DNA of 32,000 bases, taken from positions 1,530,001 through 1,562,000 of the forward strand of contig NC_002937.3 of assembly GCF_000195755.1 (NCBI RefSeq), written 5' to 3'. The number at the start of each line of letters is the position of its first letter. The stretch's first letter is position 1. The notes beneath the pieces are model-generated. The model was not told the origin of the DNA. It saw only the letters and a list, made by a program, of their open reading frames with translations, and did not search any database. The DNA comes from Nitratidesulfovibrio vulgaris str. Hildenborough (lineage in GTDB: Bacteria; Desulfobacterota; Desulfovibrionia; Desulfovibrionales; Desulfovibrionaceae). This document shows, in pieces, positions 8,486 to 18,080 of this stretch. The position numbers and the translations under genes were made by a program.

Positions 8486-9658
8486 CTAGGGAGTATCCTC
8501 TGCTGGCGGGCCGCCAGAGAAGATGATGTCGCCCCTTCTGACGGTGGCGGTCTTGCACCCTGCGAACATGAAGCGCGTGCCGCCTCGCCCGGCGACCCAT
8601 GCTGCATCGAGTGCCAGCAGTGTCTCCGCACGTGCCTGTCCTTCGCCCATTCGGCGCAGGACTTCCTTGAAGAGGCGAAGTCGTTCTGCCTGATGCAGTC
8701 CGGTCAGGGTGGTCTTGGGCAATCGTATGGATTCGGCACCATGTGCGGCGTCGTGCGGGGCGGAGGCTTCCCCCTCCACGTGAGAGGGTGAGGCGGGGGC
8801 TGCGCTCAAGGTCGCTGCGGTGCGGGTTTCCCAGAAGTCGGCGTCGATGTGCGCCAGTTGCCACAGGTCGCGCACCTGGTCGAGAAAGCCGGGATTCTCT
8901 GCCGTGAGAAGGGGGATGACCCCGTGCCGCATACGGTTGCGCAAGTACGTGTCGCTGGCATTGGAGGGGTCTTCTGTCCAGCTTACTCCGAGTGTGGCGA
9001 GAAAAGCCTCAAGCCTGTCCTTCTCGGTGAGCAGCAATGGGCGAAGAATCCGGCGTGCGGGGTCGCACAGGCGCATCCCCCCCAGCGCGGGCCAGCCGCA
9101 GCCGCGTACTAGACGCATAAGCACATCTTCGGCAAGGTCACCGAGATGATGCCCCGTGCATATCCAGTCTGCAGCGGGTGAGGGCAGCGCGGCGGCAAGC
9201 AGGTCGTAGCGGGCTTTTCTTCCTGCCTCTTCGGTGCCCACACGCCAGACGGCTGCCAGTTCGTCCACTGTCAGCGTATGCACGGCAAGCGGAATGCCGA
9301 GTGCATGGCAGAATGTGACGGCTGCACGGGCTTCAGCGGCCGATTCGGGCCGCAGACCATGGTCCACATGGAGGGCAGAAAGGCTGAGTCCAAGCCTTTG
9401 GCGCAGATAATGGAGGATGAGCAGAAGTGCCGTGGAATCAGCGCCGCCGGAGAGTGCCACCACGCAGTGGCAGTTGCGGACCCCCTCGCCATTCTCCCCG
9501 TCGCAGACGCCTTTGATGGTGCGTTCCACGTCGAGGCACAGCCTCGCCGCAGCGGAAGGCAGGGCTTGCAGGGTGCGCGGCAGGTCGTCCGGGGCCGACA
9601 GGAGTCGCAAGCCGGGGGCTGGTTCGGTGTTGCGTTCTGCGGGGGGAGAACCGGGCAT
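8486..9658 (-). CDS. tilS: tRNA(Ile)-lysidine synthetase
   Basis: It carries the PP-loop VVALSGGADSTALLL and then the HVDHGLR motif. The track ORF 8486..9781 was trimmed to ATG 9658 (MPGSPP...) to avoid overlapping the upstream ORF, which ends at 9694. The exact start is uncertain. Confidence 0.8.
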   Translation of the reverse strand: MPGSPPAERNTEPAPGLRLLSAPDDLPRTLQALPSAAARLCLDVERTIKGVCDGENGEGVRNCHCVVALSGGADSTALLLILHYLRQRLGLSLSALHVDHGLRPESAAEARAAVTFCHALGIPLAVHTLTVDELAAVWRVGTEEAGRKARYDLLAAALPSPAADWICTGHHLGDLAEDVLMRLVRGCGWPALGGMRLCDPARRILRPLLLTEKDRLEAFLATLGVSWTEDPSNASDTYLRNRMRHGVIPLLTAENPGFLDQVRDLWQLAHIDADFWETRTAATLSAAPASPSHVEGEASAPHDAAHGAESIRLPKTTLTGLHQAERLRLFKEVLRRMGEGQARAETLLALDAAWVAGRGGTRFMFAGCKTATVRRGDIIFSGGPPAEDTP

Positions 9659-9693
9659 GGCGATTCCGCCGGCAGGTATCCCTGCCGTGTGGC

Positions 9694-10029
9694 TTAGATG
9701 GCGATGCCGAGGTCGCGCAGCATGGTGTCGACGTAGTCGATCATGTGCCGTTCGAGGTCGACGGAGGCATAGCCGATACATTCACAGCGCAGCCGGTTGC
9801 GGGCACGCACCAGAAGTTCCATGCGCAGTGCCCCGTCGGTGAGTTCGAGGGCTATGCTGTAGGGGCCGCATTCGTCGAGATGCTCCTCCTGCACCTGTGT
9901 GAGCATGGAAGGCGGCACGGGCAGCCAGAAAAGCCCTTCCATGCCGGAACCGAGTTCCATCTCGTCAAGGCGGCGTCGAAGCGTTTCAAGGTCGTCGGTG
10001 GTCAGTTCATCGATGCAGTACGAACGCAT
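9694..10029 (-). CDS. Hypothetical acidic 111-aa protein
   Basis: The ORF is packed between hemA (stop 10047) and tilS on the same strand, with host-like codon bias (GC-rich third positions). I recognise no family. Confidence 0.55.
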   Translation of the reverse strand: MRSYCIDELTTDDLETLRRRLDEMELGSGMEGLFWLPVPPSMLTQVQEEHLDECGPYSIALELTDGALRMELLVRARNRLRCECIGYASVDLERHMIDYVDTMLRDLGIAI

Positions 10030-10046
10030 GAAGAGTCTCCGCAGGC

Positions 10047-11369
10047 TCAGTTGTCTTCGTCGTGCCGACGCCTGTCACAGTGGGCGTCTGGGGGCACGTT
10101 GTCATCGTCGAGGTTGAACATGCGCCGGGCGATGTCGATGTAGCGGGGGCCGGCATCCTCTTCGCTATGACGGCGCTTGAGAAAGGTTATGGGCTCATGG
10201 TTGAGCTTGCGCACCATGGAGGAGAGCATGGCTTCGAGGGCGTCGCGGGTCTCGTCGTCCACGGGTCCGAGGCGCTTGAGCGTACGGGCGAGTTCATCCT
10301 GGGCGATACGTTCCGACCTGCGGATGAGGTCCACGATGGTGGGCTGCAATTCCAGCGACCGCAGCCACTGCCCGAACTTCCCGGTCTCCTCCTCGACGAT
10401 GGTCAGCGCCTTGGAGGCCTCCTCGCGGCGCTGGGCGAGGTTCTCCTCGACCACTTCCTTGAGGTCGTCGATGTCGTAGAGGTAGACGTTGTCGAGGTTG
10501 TTCACGTCGGGGTCGATGTCGCGCGGTACCGCGATGTCGATGAAGAACATGGGGCGGTGTTTGCGACGGCGCAGCACATCCTTGATGTCGCGTGCGCGGA
10601 TGATGGCCTCGTGCGCCCCGGTGGAACTGATGATGATGTCGGCGTCCGCGAGGCGTTCGAAGAGGTCTTCGAAGTGGATGGCCTCGCCGTTGAACTGGCG
10701 TGCCAGTTCGCGCCCGCGCTCGAAGGTGCGGTTGGCCACGTAGATTTTCGATATGCCCGCGTGCAGAAGGTGCGTTGCCGCGAGTTCTGCCATTTCGCCC
10801 GCACCGATGAGCATGGCCTTGTACTGGTTCATCTCGCCGAAGATGCGCTTGGCAAGTTCGACAGCCGCATAGCTGATGGAGACGGCGCTGGAGGCCACGC
10901 CCGTCTCGGTGCGTACTCGCTTGGCCACCGAAAAGGCCTTGTGCAGCAGGCGGTTGAGGATGACGCGTGTACAGTTGCGCTCTATGGCCTTGCGGTAGGC
11001 GTCCTTGAGCTGTCCGAGTATCTGCGGTTCGCCCACCACCATGGAGTCGAGGCTCGACGCCACGCGAAAGAGGTGGCGAATGGCTTCGGGGCCCTTGTGG
11101 GTATAGACGTAGGGTGCAAGGTCGTGTTCACACTGGCCGCGTGCAGCCGACCAGCCGCGCAGCACGCGCGAGACGACTTCGGGGCCGCGTCCCACGGCGA
11201 GGATCTCGACGCGGTTGCACGTGGAGAGGATGAGGACTTCAGACACCACGTCGTCGATGGGGACTACGCCCTGTTCGAGAACGTTGCAGTCGGTGAGTGC
11301 GAAACGCTCGCGAACTTCGACGCCCGCCGTGCGATGATTGAGGCCGATAAGGTAGATGTCGCGTTCCAT
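10047..11369 (-). CDS. hemA: Glutamyl-tRNA reductase
   Basis: 440 aa with LSTCNRVE (active-site Cys), the NADPH-binding IGAGEMAEL, and the typical C-terminal dimerisation region. Confidence 0.92.
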   Translation of the reverse strand: MERDIYLIGLNHRTAGVEVRERFALTDCNVLEQGVVPIDDVVSEVLILSTCNRVEILAVGRGPEVVSRVLRGWSAARGQCEHDLAPYVYTHKGPEAIRHLFRVASSLDSMVVGEPQILGQLKDAYRKAIERNCTRVILNRLLHKAFSVAKRVRTETGVASSAVSISYAAVELAKRIFGEMNQYKAMLIGAGEMAELAATHLLHAGISKIYVANRTFERGRELARQFNGEAIHFEDLFERLADADIIISSTGAHEAIIRARDIKDVLRRRKHRPMFFIDIAVPRDIDPDVNNLDNVYLYDIDDLKEVVEENLAQRREEASKALTIVEEETGKFGQWLRSLELQPTIVDLIRRSERIAQDELARTLKRLGPVDDETRDALEAMLSSMVRKLNHEPITFLKRRHSEEDAGPRYIDIARRMFNLDDDNVPPDAHCDRRRHDEDN

Positions 11370-11370
11370 G

Positions 11371-12201
11371 TTACTGCTGGATGAAACTGTGATGGGTGGG
11401 CATGAAGACGTTCACCACGATGAGAGAGAAGACCGAGACGGCAAAGATCCATATGACCATCACCGCGGGCTTGCGGCCCTGCCAGCCGAGCGCCACACGC
11501 TGGTGGAAGAGCAGGGCGTACATGACCCACACCGCAAGCGAGACGATCTCCTTGGGGTCCCACGTGATGACCTTGCCCCACGCGGGGTGCGCCCACACGA
11601 AGCCCGACACGATGCCGAGCGTGAACAGCGGAAAGCCCCACACTACGCAGAGGCGGTTGACCCGGTCGAAGGTGGAGAGCGCGGGCAGGTCCTTGCGGAA
11701 CCCCGTCAGCGGCTCCTTGGTCTTTATCTTGCGTTCCATGTGCAGGAACAGCACCCCGGCGCCGAAGGCCATCGCCATGAGGCCGAAGCTGAGAAAGAGC
11801 GTGCCGATGTGCAGCCCGAAGAACAGGCCCGAGAGCGACTCGGGAAGCTTGCTCTGCACCTCTGCCACCTTGAACGAGGAAAGGTAGATGAGCAGCGCGA
11901 AGGGCGAGGCCAGCGCGGAGAGGAAGTCGAGTTTGAACTTCCACCACACGAACAGGTAGATGAGCAGCATGCTCCATGAGAGCATCTGCAGGAAATAGCC
12001 CTTGCTGATGGTCTCCCATGTGTGCCCCTGTAGTCCCGCGACCAGTGATATGGCGTGGACGACGAACCCCGTGATGGCAAGCCAGTTGGCGACGCGCTTC
12101 ATGGACGCGTTGCGGGCCACGGTTCCCACGACGATGGCGGCAGTGCCCGCGGCGTAGAGGAACAGGACGAGGGCCGAAAGCAGGAATTCAGGCGATATCA
12201 T
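11371..12201 (-). CDS. Cytochrome c assembly family membrane protein (CcsA/HemX-like)
   Basis: A multi-TM protein with the Trp-rich motif WAHPAWGKVITWDPKE. The start was set to ATG 12201 (MISPEFLL...), which overlaps the sirC-like stop by 14 nt. The stop lies 1 nt before the hemA ATG. Confidence 0.8.
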   Translation of the reverse strand: MISPEFLLSALVLFLYAAGTAAIVVGTVARNASMKRVANWLAITGFVVHAISLVAGLQGHTWETISKGYFLQMLSWSMLLIYLFVWWKFKLDFLSALASPFALLIYLSSFKVAEVQSKLPESLSGLFFGLHIGTLFLSFGLMAMAFGAGVLFLHMERKIKTKEPLTGFRKDLPALSTFDRVNRLCVVWGFPLFTLGIVSGFVWAHPAWGKVITWDPKEIVSLAVWVMYALLFHQRVALGWQGRKPAVMVIWIFAVSVFSLIVVNVFMPTHHSFIQQ

Positions 12202-12865
12202 GCAGCAACTCCACGATGTGCGGGTGCAGTTCGACGGGAAGCAGGGTGTGGAGAAGGTCTTCACACCGCTGCCTGTCCTTCGCGGCGAGGGCGTCCACAA
12301 GCGGTGAGCCTACGATGGTGCGAAAGAGGGCCGCATTCTGCCCTGTCTCGTCGCCGAGTGCAAGGACGAGTGGCCGAAGTCTGCCCATCAACACCACAAG
12401 TCCGTCGTAACGGTTGCCGAACCATGCTTCAAGGTCCATGCGGATGCGGCGTGCCAGCGCAGGGCTGTGCCCCCCCGTGGACAGGGCGACGGTGATGTCG
12501 CCACAGGCGAAGTGCGCCGGGACGATGAACGAACCGGCTGCGGGGTCGTCGATGACGTTGCAGAGTACGCCGCCATCGCGGCAGAGGCGGGCGATGTCGG
12601 CATTGGCTGCGGGCACACCTGTGGCGGCGAACACCAGCGAACGGCCTGCAAGGTCGTCGGCCGAGAAGGTGCGCTGTTCGAAGCGGACGCCGGGGCAGGC
12701 GAGCAGGGCTGCCAGTTCGGCATCGGGCGGCGACGTATCGAGGACGAGTATCTCGGCGGCGCCGCAGGGGATGAGTGCCGCCAGTTTGCGGCGTCCCACG
12801 CCGCCTGCGCCGACGACGAGGCATCGGCAACCATCAAGCCGCATGAAGAGGGGATAGGGTCGCAT
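12188..12865 (-). CDS. sirC: Precorrin-2 dehydrogenase / sirohydrochlorin ferrochelatase (siroheme synthase N-terminal domain type)
   Basis: 225 aa with the N-terminal Rossmann motif CLVVGAGGVGRRKL and a CysG-N/Met8-like length. It is the first gene of the operon with the hemX-like gene and hemA. Confidence 0.75.
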   Translation of the reverse strand: MRPYPLFMRLDGCRCLVVGAGGVGRRKLAALIPCGAAEILVLDTSPPDAELAALLACPGVRFEQRTFSADDLAGRSLVFAATGVPAANADIARLCRDGGVLCNVIDDPAAGSFIVPAHFACGDITVALSTGGHSPALARRIRMDLEAWFGNRYDGLVVLMGRLRPLVLALGDETGQNAALFRTIVGSPLVDALAAKDRQRCEDLLHTLLPVELHPHIVELLHDIA

Positions 12866-12987
12866 GGGGTTCTTATAGCCTTGTCATCGCTGTAGGTAAA
12901 CCGTGGCAGATGCTCGGGCGTACCGGCTACCCCGCCTTGCCGCACGGCAGCGAATGGGCTACCGTCGCGCCACTACCGGAGCCTTCG

Positions 12988-14223
12988 ATGCAGCAGTATC
13001 TAGTCATACAACTCGCCCGTTTCGGCGATATCGTCCAGACGCGACGCCTCGTGCTTACACTGGCCCGCCGTGGGGCCGTGCACCTTTGCGTCGACAGGTC
13101 GCTGGCCTCACTGGCGCGGCTGGTGCACCCCGAGGTCGTCGTGCATGAGGTCGTCGCGCACGGGGCAGGCGAGGGCGGCGGTGCCGCCATGCTCGCGGTC
13201 AACGTCCGTGTTTTCGAGGCGCTGCGTCAGGCGGGGTTTGATGAGGTCTACAACCTCAATCATTCGGGCCTCAATCTCGCCATGTCCGCCCTGTTCCCTT
13301 CTGCAGTCGTGCGCGGGCATCGTTTGGTGGACGGGCAACTCGTGCGCGACCGCTGGGTGCGCATGGCCTTTCGCTGGACGACGTGGCGGCGTCTCGCGCC
13401 GCTCAATCTCGTGGACTTCTGGGCGTCGCTCGCCGCCGACCCCGTCCCCCCCGGCGAGGTCAATCCGGTGGCGGTTCGCGGTGGCGGCGGGATAGGCGTC
13501 GTTCTGGCGGGGCGAGCCTCGCGGCGTTCGCTGCCGCCGGATGTGCTGGCCGCCTGTCTGCGTGCCGTGTTCGAGGGCATGGGCGGGGCGCGCGTGGTGC
13601 TGTTCGGCAGTCAGGCCGAAAGGCCGCTCGCCCGTCAGTTCATGCGCATGCTGCCGGGCAATGTCGTGGAACGTACCGAAGACCTCGTGGGACGAACCGA
13701 CTGGACGGGGCTGGTCGATGCATTGCGCGGACTCGATACGGTTCTCACCCCCGACACGGGCACGATGCACCTTGCCGCGAGGTTCGGGGTACCTGTCCAG
13801 GCCTTCTTTCTTTCATCCGCGTGGTGTCACGAGACCGGTCCCTACGGGCTCGGGCACAAGGTCTGGCAGGCCGAGTGCGAATGCCTGCCCTGCCTTGAGA
13901 CGGCCCCCTGCACCATAGGCGTGCGCTGTCTTGACGCCTTTCGCGACACCGCCTTCCTGCGTCTTCTGGCGGGTCGCCCCGGCGACATGTTCCCCCGCGG
14001 CATGATGGGGATGGTGTCGACGCTGGACGCAGTAGGGGCGACATGGCTCACCGTGTTCGGTGAAGACGTCCATGCCCCCCGTCGTGTGGCCCTGCGTGAA
14101 CTTGTGGGTGAGTATCTGGGACTGTTCGTCGGCGAGGGGCTGACGGATGCCTCGCTCACGGAACTGTTGTATGCCGAGCAGGACTGGATGCTGCCCCCGC
14201 CGGGGCAGGTGATTCCCTGTTGA
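12988..14223 (+). CDS. Glycosyltransferase family 9 (heptosyltransferase-like)
   Basis: The N-terminus YLVIQLARFGDIVQTRRLVLTL matches the GT9 pattern (..i.lsalGD...t.p....L). The late DTGTMHLAA motif is also GT9-typical. The start was moved to ATG 12988, which has GGAG 8 nt upstream. Confidence 0.7.
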   Translation: MQQYLVIQLARFGDIVQTRRLVLTLARRGAVHLCVDRSLASLARLVHPEVVVHEVVAHGAGEGGGAAMLAVNVRVFEALRQAGFDEVYNLNHSGLNLAMSALFPSAVVRGHRLVDGQLVRDRWVRMAFRWTTWRRLAPLNLVDFWASLAADPVPPGEVNPVAVRGGGGIGVVLAGRASRRSLPPDVLAACLRAVFEGMGGARVVLFGSQAERPLARQFMRMLPGNVVERTEDLVGRTDWTGLVDALRGLDTVLTPDTGTMHLAARFGVPVQAFFLSSAWCHETGPYGLGHKVWQAECECLPCLETAPCTIGVRCLDAFRDTAFLRLLAGRPGDMFPRGMMGMVSTLDAVGATWLTVFGEDVHAPRRVALRELVGEYLGLFVGEGLTDASLTELLYAEQDWMLPPPGQVIPC

Positions 14224-14266
14224 TGGGGCCTCACGTGCGAAAGAATCTCAAGGAGCTAGGGATCAT

Positions 14267-15595
14267 ATGAGCGAGACCTCCGGGCTGACGGCGCACGCTG
14301 GGCCAACGACATCGGGCGGGGCTGCGACAGGGCCTCTGCGCGTTCTCGTCGTGTTGCCCATGTATGGTGGTTCGCTGCCCATAGGGCGCTATTGTGCAGA
14401 CGCCTTGCGCGACCTCGGCCACACGGTGGAGACCTTCGAGGCGCCCGCCTTTCATGGGGCGTTCAACGCACTCAAGGGGCTTCGTGTCACTGCGGACAGA
14501 CTGGAACACCTCGAGACCGGGTTCCTGCAGGTGGTCTCGCAAGCCATTCTCGCCAAGGTCGAGACCTTCGAACCCGACCTCGTCCTGTGTCTCGCGCAGG
14601 CACCCATGAGCAGGCAGGCACTGCGGCGTCTGCGTCGTGACGGTGTGGCAACGGCCATGTGGTTCGTCGAGGACTTCAGGGTCTTCACCTATTGGCGGGC
14701 GTTCGCCCCCTTCTACGATTTCTTCGCCGTCATCCAGCGTGAACCGCTGCTCGATGAACTTGCCGCAATCGGGGTCGAGAACGCCATCTATCTGCCGCTT
14801 GCAGCACTGCCCGCCTTCCATCGCCCCATGGAACTTTCCCCGGTGGAACGTCACCGCTACGGTGCCGATGTGGCCTTTCTCGGGGCCGGGTACCCCAACC
14901 GCAGAGTGGCCTTCCGGCGGCTGACCCATCTTGATTTCAGGATATGGGGCACCGAATGGGATGGTGACGCGGTGCTGGCGAGGCATGTGCAGATGAACGG
15001 CGGGCGGGTGAGTCCTGAAGATGCCGTGAAGATATACAATGCCACGCGCATCAACCTGAACCTGCATTCGAGCGTGCAGGCGCAGACCCTTGTGACCGGG
15101 GGCGACTTCGTCAATCCGCGCACCTTCGAACTGGCTGCCATCGGGGCGTTCCAACTTGTGGACAGGCGCGGCCTCATGGATGAACTGTTCACCGATGATG
15201 AACTGGCGACATTCGGTGACATGGACGAACTCGTCGCGCTCATCGAACGCTTCCTCGCCGACCCTGATGAACGTGCGGCTTTTGCGGCACGCGGGCAAGC
15301 CCGTGTGTTGCGCGACCACACCTACCAGCAGCGTATGACGACGCTTCTCGACTTCATCGCTGCACGCCGCCCCGGCTGGCCGCCCCGCAGACAGGATGCC
15401 GGGTTCCCGGCGGACATGCCGGAGGGGCTGCGCGCCGAACTTGGTGGGTTGCTGCAACGCCTGGGCCTGCCGCACGATGCGGCCTTCGGAGATGTCATCG
15501 CCCGTTTGCGCCAGCAGACCGGAGAACTTGATGCGCTCGAGACATCGTTGCTGTTCCTCGATGAATGGCGCAAGCAGTATGCTGCCAAGGGGTAG
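14267..15595 (+). CDS. CgeB-family glycosyltransferase-like protein (DUF3880 + Glyco_trans_1_2 type)
   Basis: 442 aa with VAFLGAGYPNRR, INLNLHS and NPRTFELAAIGAFQLVD, as I remember them from CgeB-like proteins. The opposite-strand 518-aa ORF (14231..15787) has a shadow-ORF composition. Confidence 0.6.
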   Translation: MSETSGLTAHAGPTTSGGAATGPLRVLVVLPMYGGSLPIGRYCADALRDLGHTVETFEAPAFHGAFNALKGLRVTADRLEHLETGFLQVVSQAILAKVETFEPDLVLCLAQAPMSRQALRRLRRDGVATAMWFVEDFRVFTYWRAFAPFYDFFAVIQREPLLDELAAIGVENAIYLPLAALPAFHRPMELSPVERHRYGADVAFLGAGYPNRRVAFRRLTHLDFRIWGTEWDGDAVLARHVQMNGGRVSPEDAVKIYNATRINLNLHSSVQAQTLVTGGDFVNPRTFELAAIGAFQLVDRRGLMDELFTDDELATFGDMDELVALIERFLADPDERAAFAARGQARVLRDHTYQQRMTTLLDFIAARRPGWPPRRQDAGFPADMPEGLRAELGGLLQRLGLPHDAAFGDVIARLRQQTGELDALETSLLFLDEWRKQYAAKG

Positions 15596-15645
15596 GGCTT
15601 GTTTCGCCTGAAAGATGGCGCATAGGCTCTGTTCACACTGCCGCA

Positions 15646-15682
15646 ATGAAAACGGCCCGGAACAGACCGGGCCGTTTTTCAT
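15646..15682. terminator. Bidirectional intrinsic terminator between the convergent CgeB-like gene and argB
   Basis: The sequence is aatGAAAACGGCCCGG-aacaga-CCGGGCCGTTTTTCatt. It forms a 13-14 bp GC-rich stem flanked by an A-run on one side and a T-run on the other. Confidence 0.65.
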
Positions 15683-15701
15683 TGCAGATGTGTTCCGCTG
15701 G

Positions 15702-16628
15702 TCAGCGCAGCACGCAGTTGCAGGCAGCCTGTGCGGCCCTGTCGCTGACGATTTCGGTGCCCACGCCCTTGTCGGTGAGCAGCTCAAGAAGGATGCAGTT
15801 CTCGGTTCGGCCGTCGATGATCATGGCCTTCTCCACCCCTTCCTCCAGGGCTTCGAGGCAGCACTTCACCTTGGGTATCATGCCGCCGGTGAGGGTGCCG
15901 TCGGAGAACAGGTTCACGGCTTCGCGCATGTTCACCGAGCGGATGAGCTTCTTGTCATGGTCGAGGATGCCCGCCACATCGGTGAGCAACAGCAGTCGCT
16001 TGGCCTTGAGGGCGGCAGCCACGGCCCCGGCGACGGCGTCGGCGTTGATGTTGTAGGTCTCGCCGTTGTCATCGACGCCCACCGGTGCGATGACGGGGAC
16101 GAAGCCGTCACGTTCGAGAGAACGCAGTAGCGTCGTGTTCACGCCCATCACTTCGCCCACCTTGCCAAGGTCGATGATCTCGGGGGCCTGTGCCTCCTTG
16201 CTGATGACCATCTCCATCTTGCGTGCTCGGATGAGCATCCCGTCCTTGCCGGAAAGGCCTACGGCCTTCGCCCCGGCGAGGTTCATCTGATTGACGATCT
16301 CCTTGTTGACCTTGCCCACCAGCACCATCTCCACCACGTCCATGGTGGCGTCGTCGGTGACGCGAAGCCCTTCGCGGAAATGAGACTGGATATTGAGCTG
16401 TTCCAGCATCTTGCCGATCTGCGGGCCTCCGCCATGCACGATGACGGGGTTGATGCCGACCAGCTTGAGCAATGCCACGTTGAGGGCGAAGGCCTTCTTC
16501 AGGGCTTCGTCCTTCATGGCGTGTCCGCCGTATTTGATGACCACGGTCTCACCGTGGAACTGGCGCAGGTAGGGGAGACTCTCGATGAGGACCTTCGACT
16601 GGAGTCTGGCGTTCTCGACGCAATCCAT
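15702..16628 (-). CDS. argB: Acetylglutamate kinase
   Basis: 308 aa with [20 protein letters not shown] and NINADAVAG, all canonical ArgB motifs. Confidence 0.92.
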
Positions 16629-16643
16629 GCACGTGCTCCGATG

Positions 16644-17969
16644 CTACAGGATGTAGCGGCTGAGGTCCTTGTCGACGCGGACATCTTCGAGGTGGGTGCG
16701 TACATAGGCCGCATCCACCGTCACATGCTCGCCGGGGCGGTCGGGCGCGTCGAACGAAATGTCCGCCAGTATCCGTTCCATCATGGTGTAAAGGCGTCGC
16801 GCGCCGATGTTCTCGGTCTCTTCGTTGACCTCCTCGGCGAAGGCCGCGATCTCGCGCAGCCCGTCGTCGGTGAAGGACACGGTGACGCCTTCAGTGGCCA
16901 GTAGTGCCGCATACTGCCGGGTGAGCGCGTTATGCGGTTCGGTGAGGATGCGGTAGAACTCGTCGCGTCCCAGTGGGTCGAGTTCCACACGCAGGGGAAA
17001 GCGCCCCTGCAATTCGGGGATGAGGTCCGAAGGCTTGCTGAAGTGGAAAGCACCTGCGGCGATGAACAGGATGTGGTCGGTGCGTACCATGCCGTACTTG
17101 GTGTTGACCACGCTGCCCTCCACGATGGGCAACAGGTCGCGCTGAACCCCTTCACGCGATATGTCGGTGGTGCGGTGGGTCCCTTCGCCGGAGGCGACCT
17201 TGTCCAGTTCGTCGATGAAGATGATGCCCGTCTGTTCAACGCGCTCGCGGGCGATGTCGACGACCTTGTCCTGATCGAGAAGCCGCGAGGCCTCTTCGTC
17301 GACGAGAAGGTTCCACGCCTCGCGCAGCTTCATCTTGCGCATCTTGCGGCGCGCGGGAAACGCCTTGCCCATCAGGTCGCGGAACTGGTTGCCCATGGAC
17401 TCCATGCCGGGCATGGCGAAGATGTCCATCTGCGGCCCCTTGGTGCTCTCTTCGACCTCCATGTCCACCTCACGGTCGTCGAGGTGCCCCTGTCGCCACA
17501 GTCCGCGCAGTTTGTCACGCGTGCTCTGCCGTGTCTCGCCGCCATCGGCAGGGCTCTGCGGCAGCAGCAGGTCGAGCAGGCGCTCCTCAGCTGCGGCTTC
17601 GGCCCGCGCGCGAACGCGGGTCGCCTCTTCGTCGCGGATGAGCGATACGCCAATCTCCATCAGGTCGCGCACCATCGACTCCACGTCGCGCCCCACGTAG
17701 CCCACCTCGGTGTACTTCGTGGCCTCGACCTTGATGAAGGGGGCACCGCAAAGCCGTGCAAGCCGCCGGGCAATCTCGGTCTTGCCCACCCCGGTGGGGC
17801 CCATCATGATGATGTTCTTGGGGGCGACCTCGTCACGCAGCGAAGGCTCGAGGCGTTGCCTGCGCCAGCGGTTGCGCATGGCCACGGCAACCATGCGCTT
17901 GGCCTTTTCCTGCCCGACAACGAAACGGTCGAGTTCGGAGACGATTTCTCTGGGGGTGAGTGTGCTCAT
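16644..17969 (-). CDS. hslU: ATP-dependent protease ATPase subunit HslU
   Basis: Motifs are [21 protein letters not shown], Walker [18 protein letters not shown], Walker [10 protein letters not shown], and the C-terminal DLSRYIL. The start is set at ATG 17969 with AGGAG upstream. Confidence 0.92.
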
Positions 17970-18033
17970 GGGTTCTCCTGTGACTTCGGCGGGAAGGCAC
18001 GATAGCAGCGGGCAGGGGGAATGCCAATATGCG

Positions 18034-18058
18034 AAGGGGCGCACCATGTGCGCCCCTT
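18034..18058 (-). terminator. Hairpin downstream of htrA
   Basis: AAGGGGCGCAC-cat-GTGCGCCCCTT forms a perfect 11-bp stem. There is only a weak U-tract on the minus strand. Confidence 0.45.
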
Positions 18059-18080
18059 GTGGTCATGCGGGTTGTGGTGC

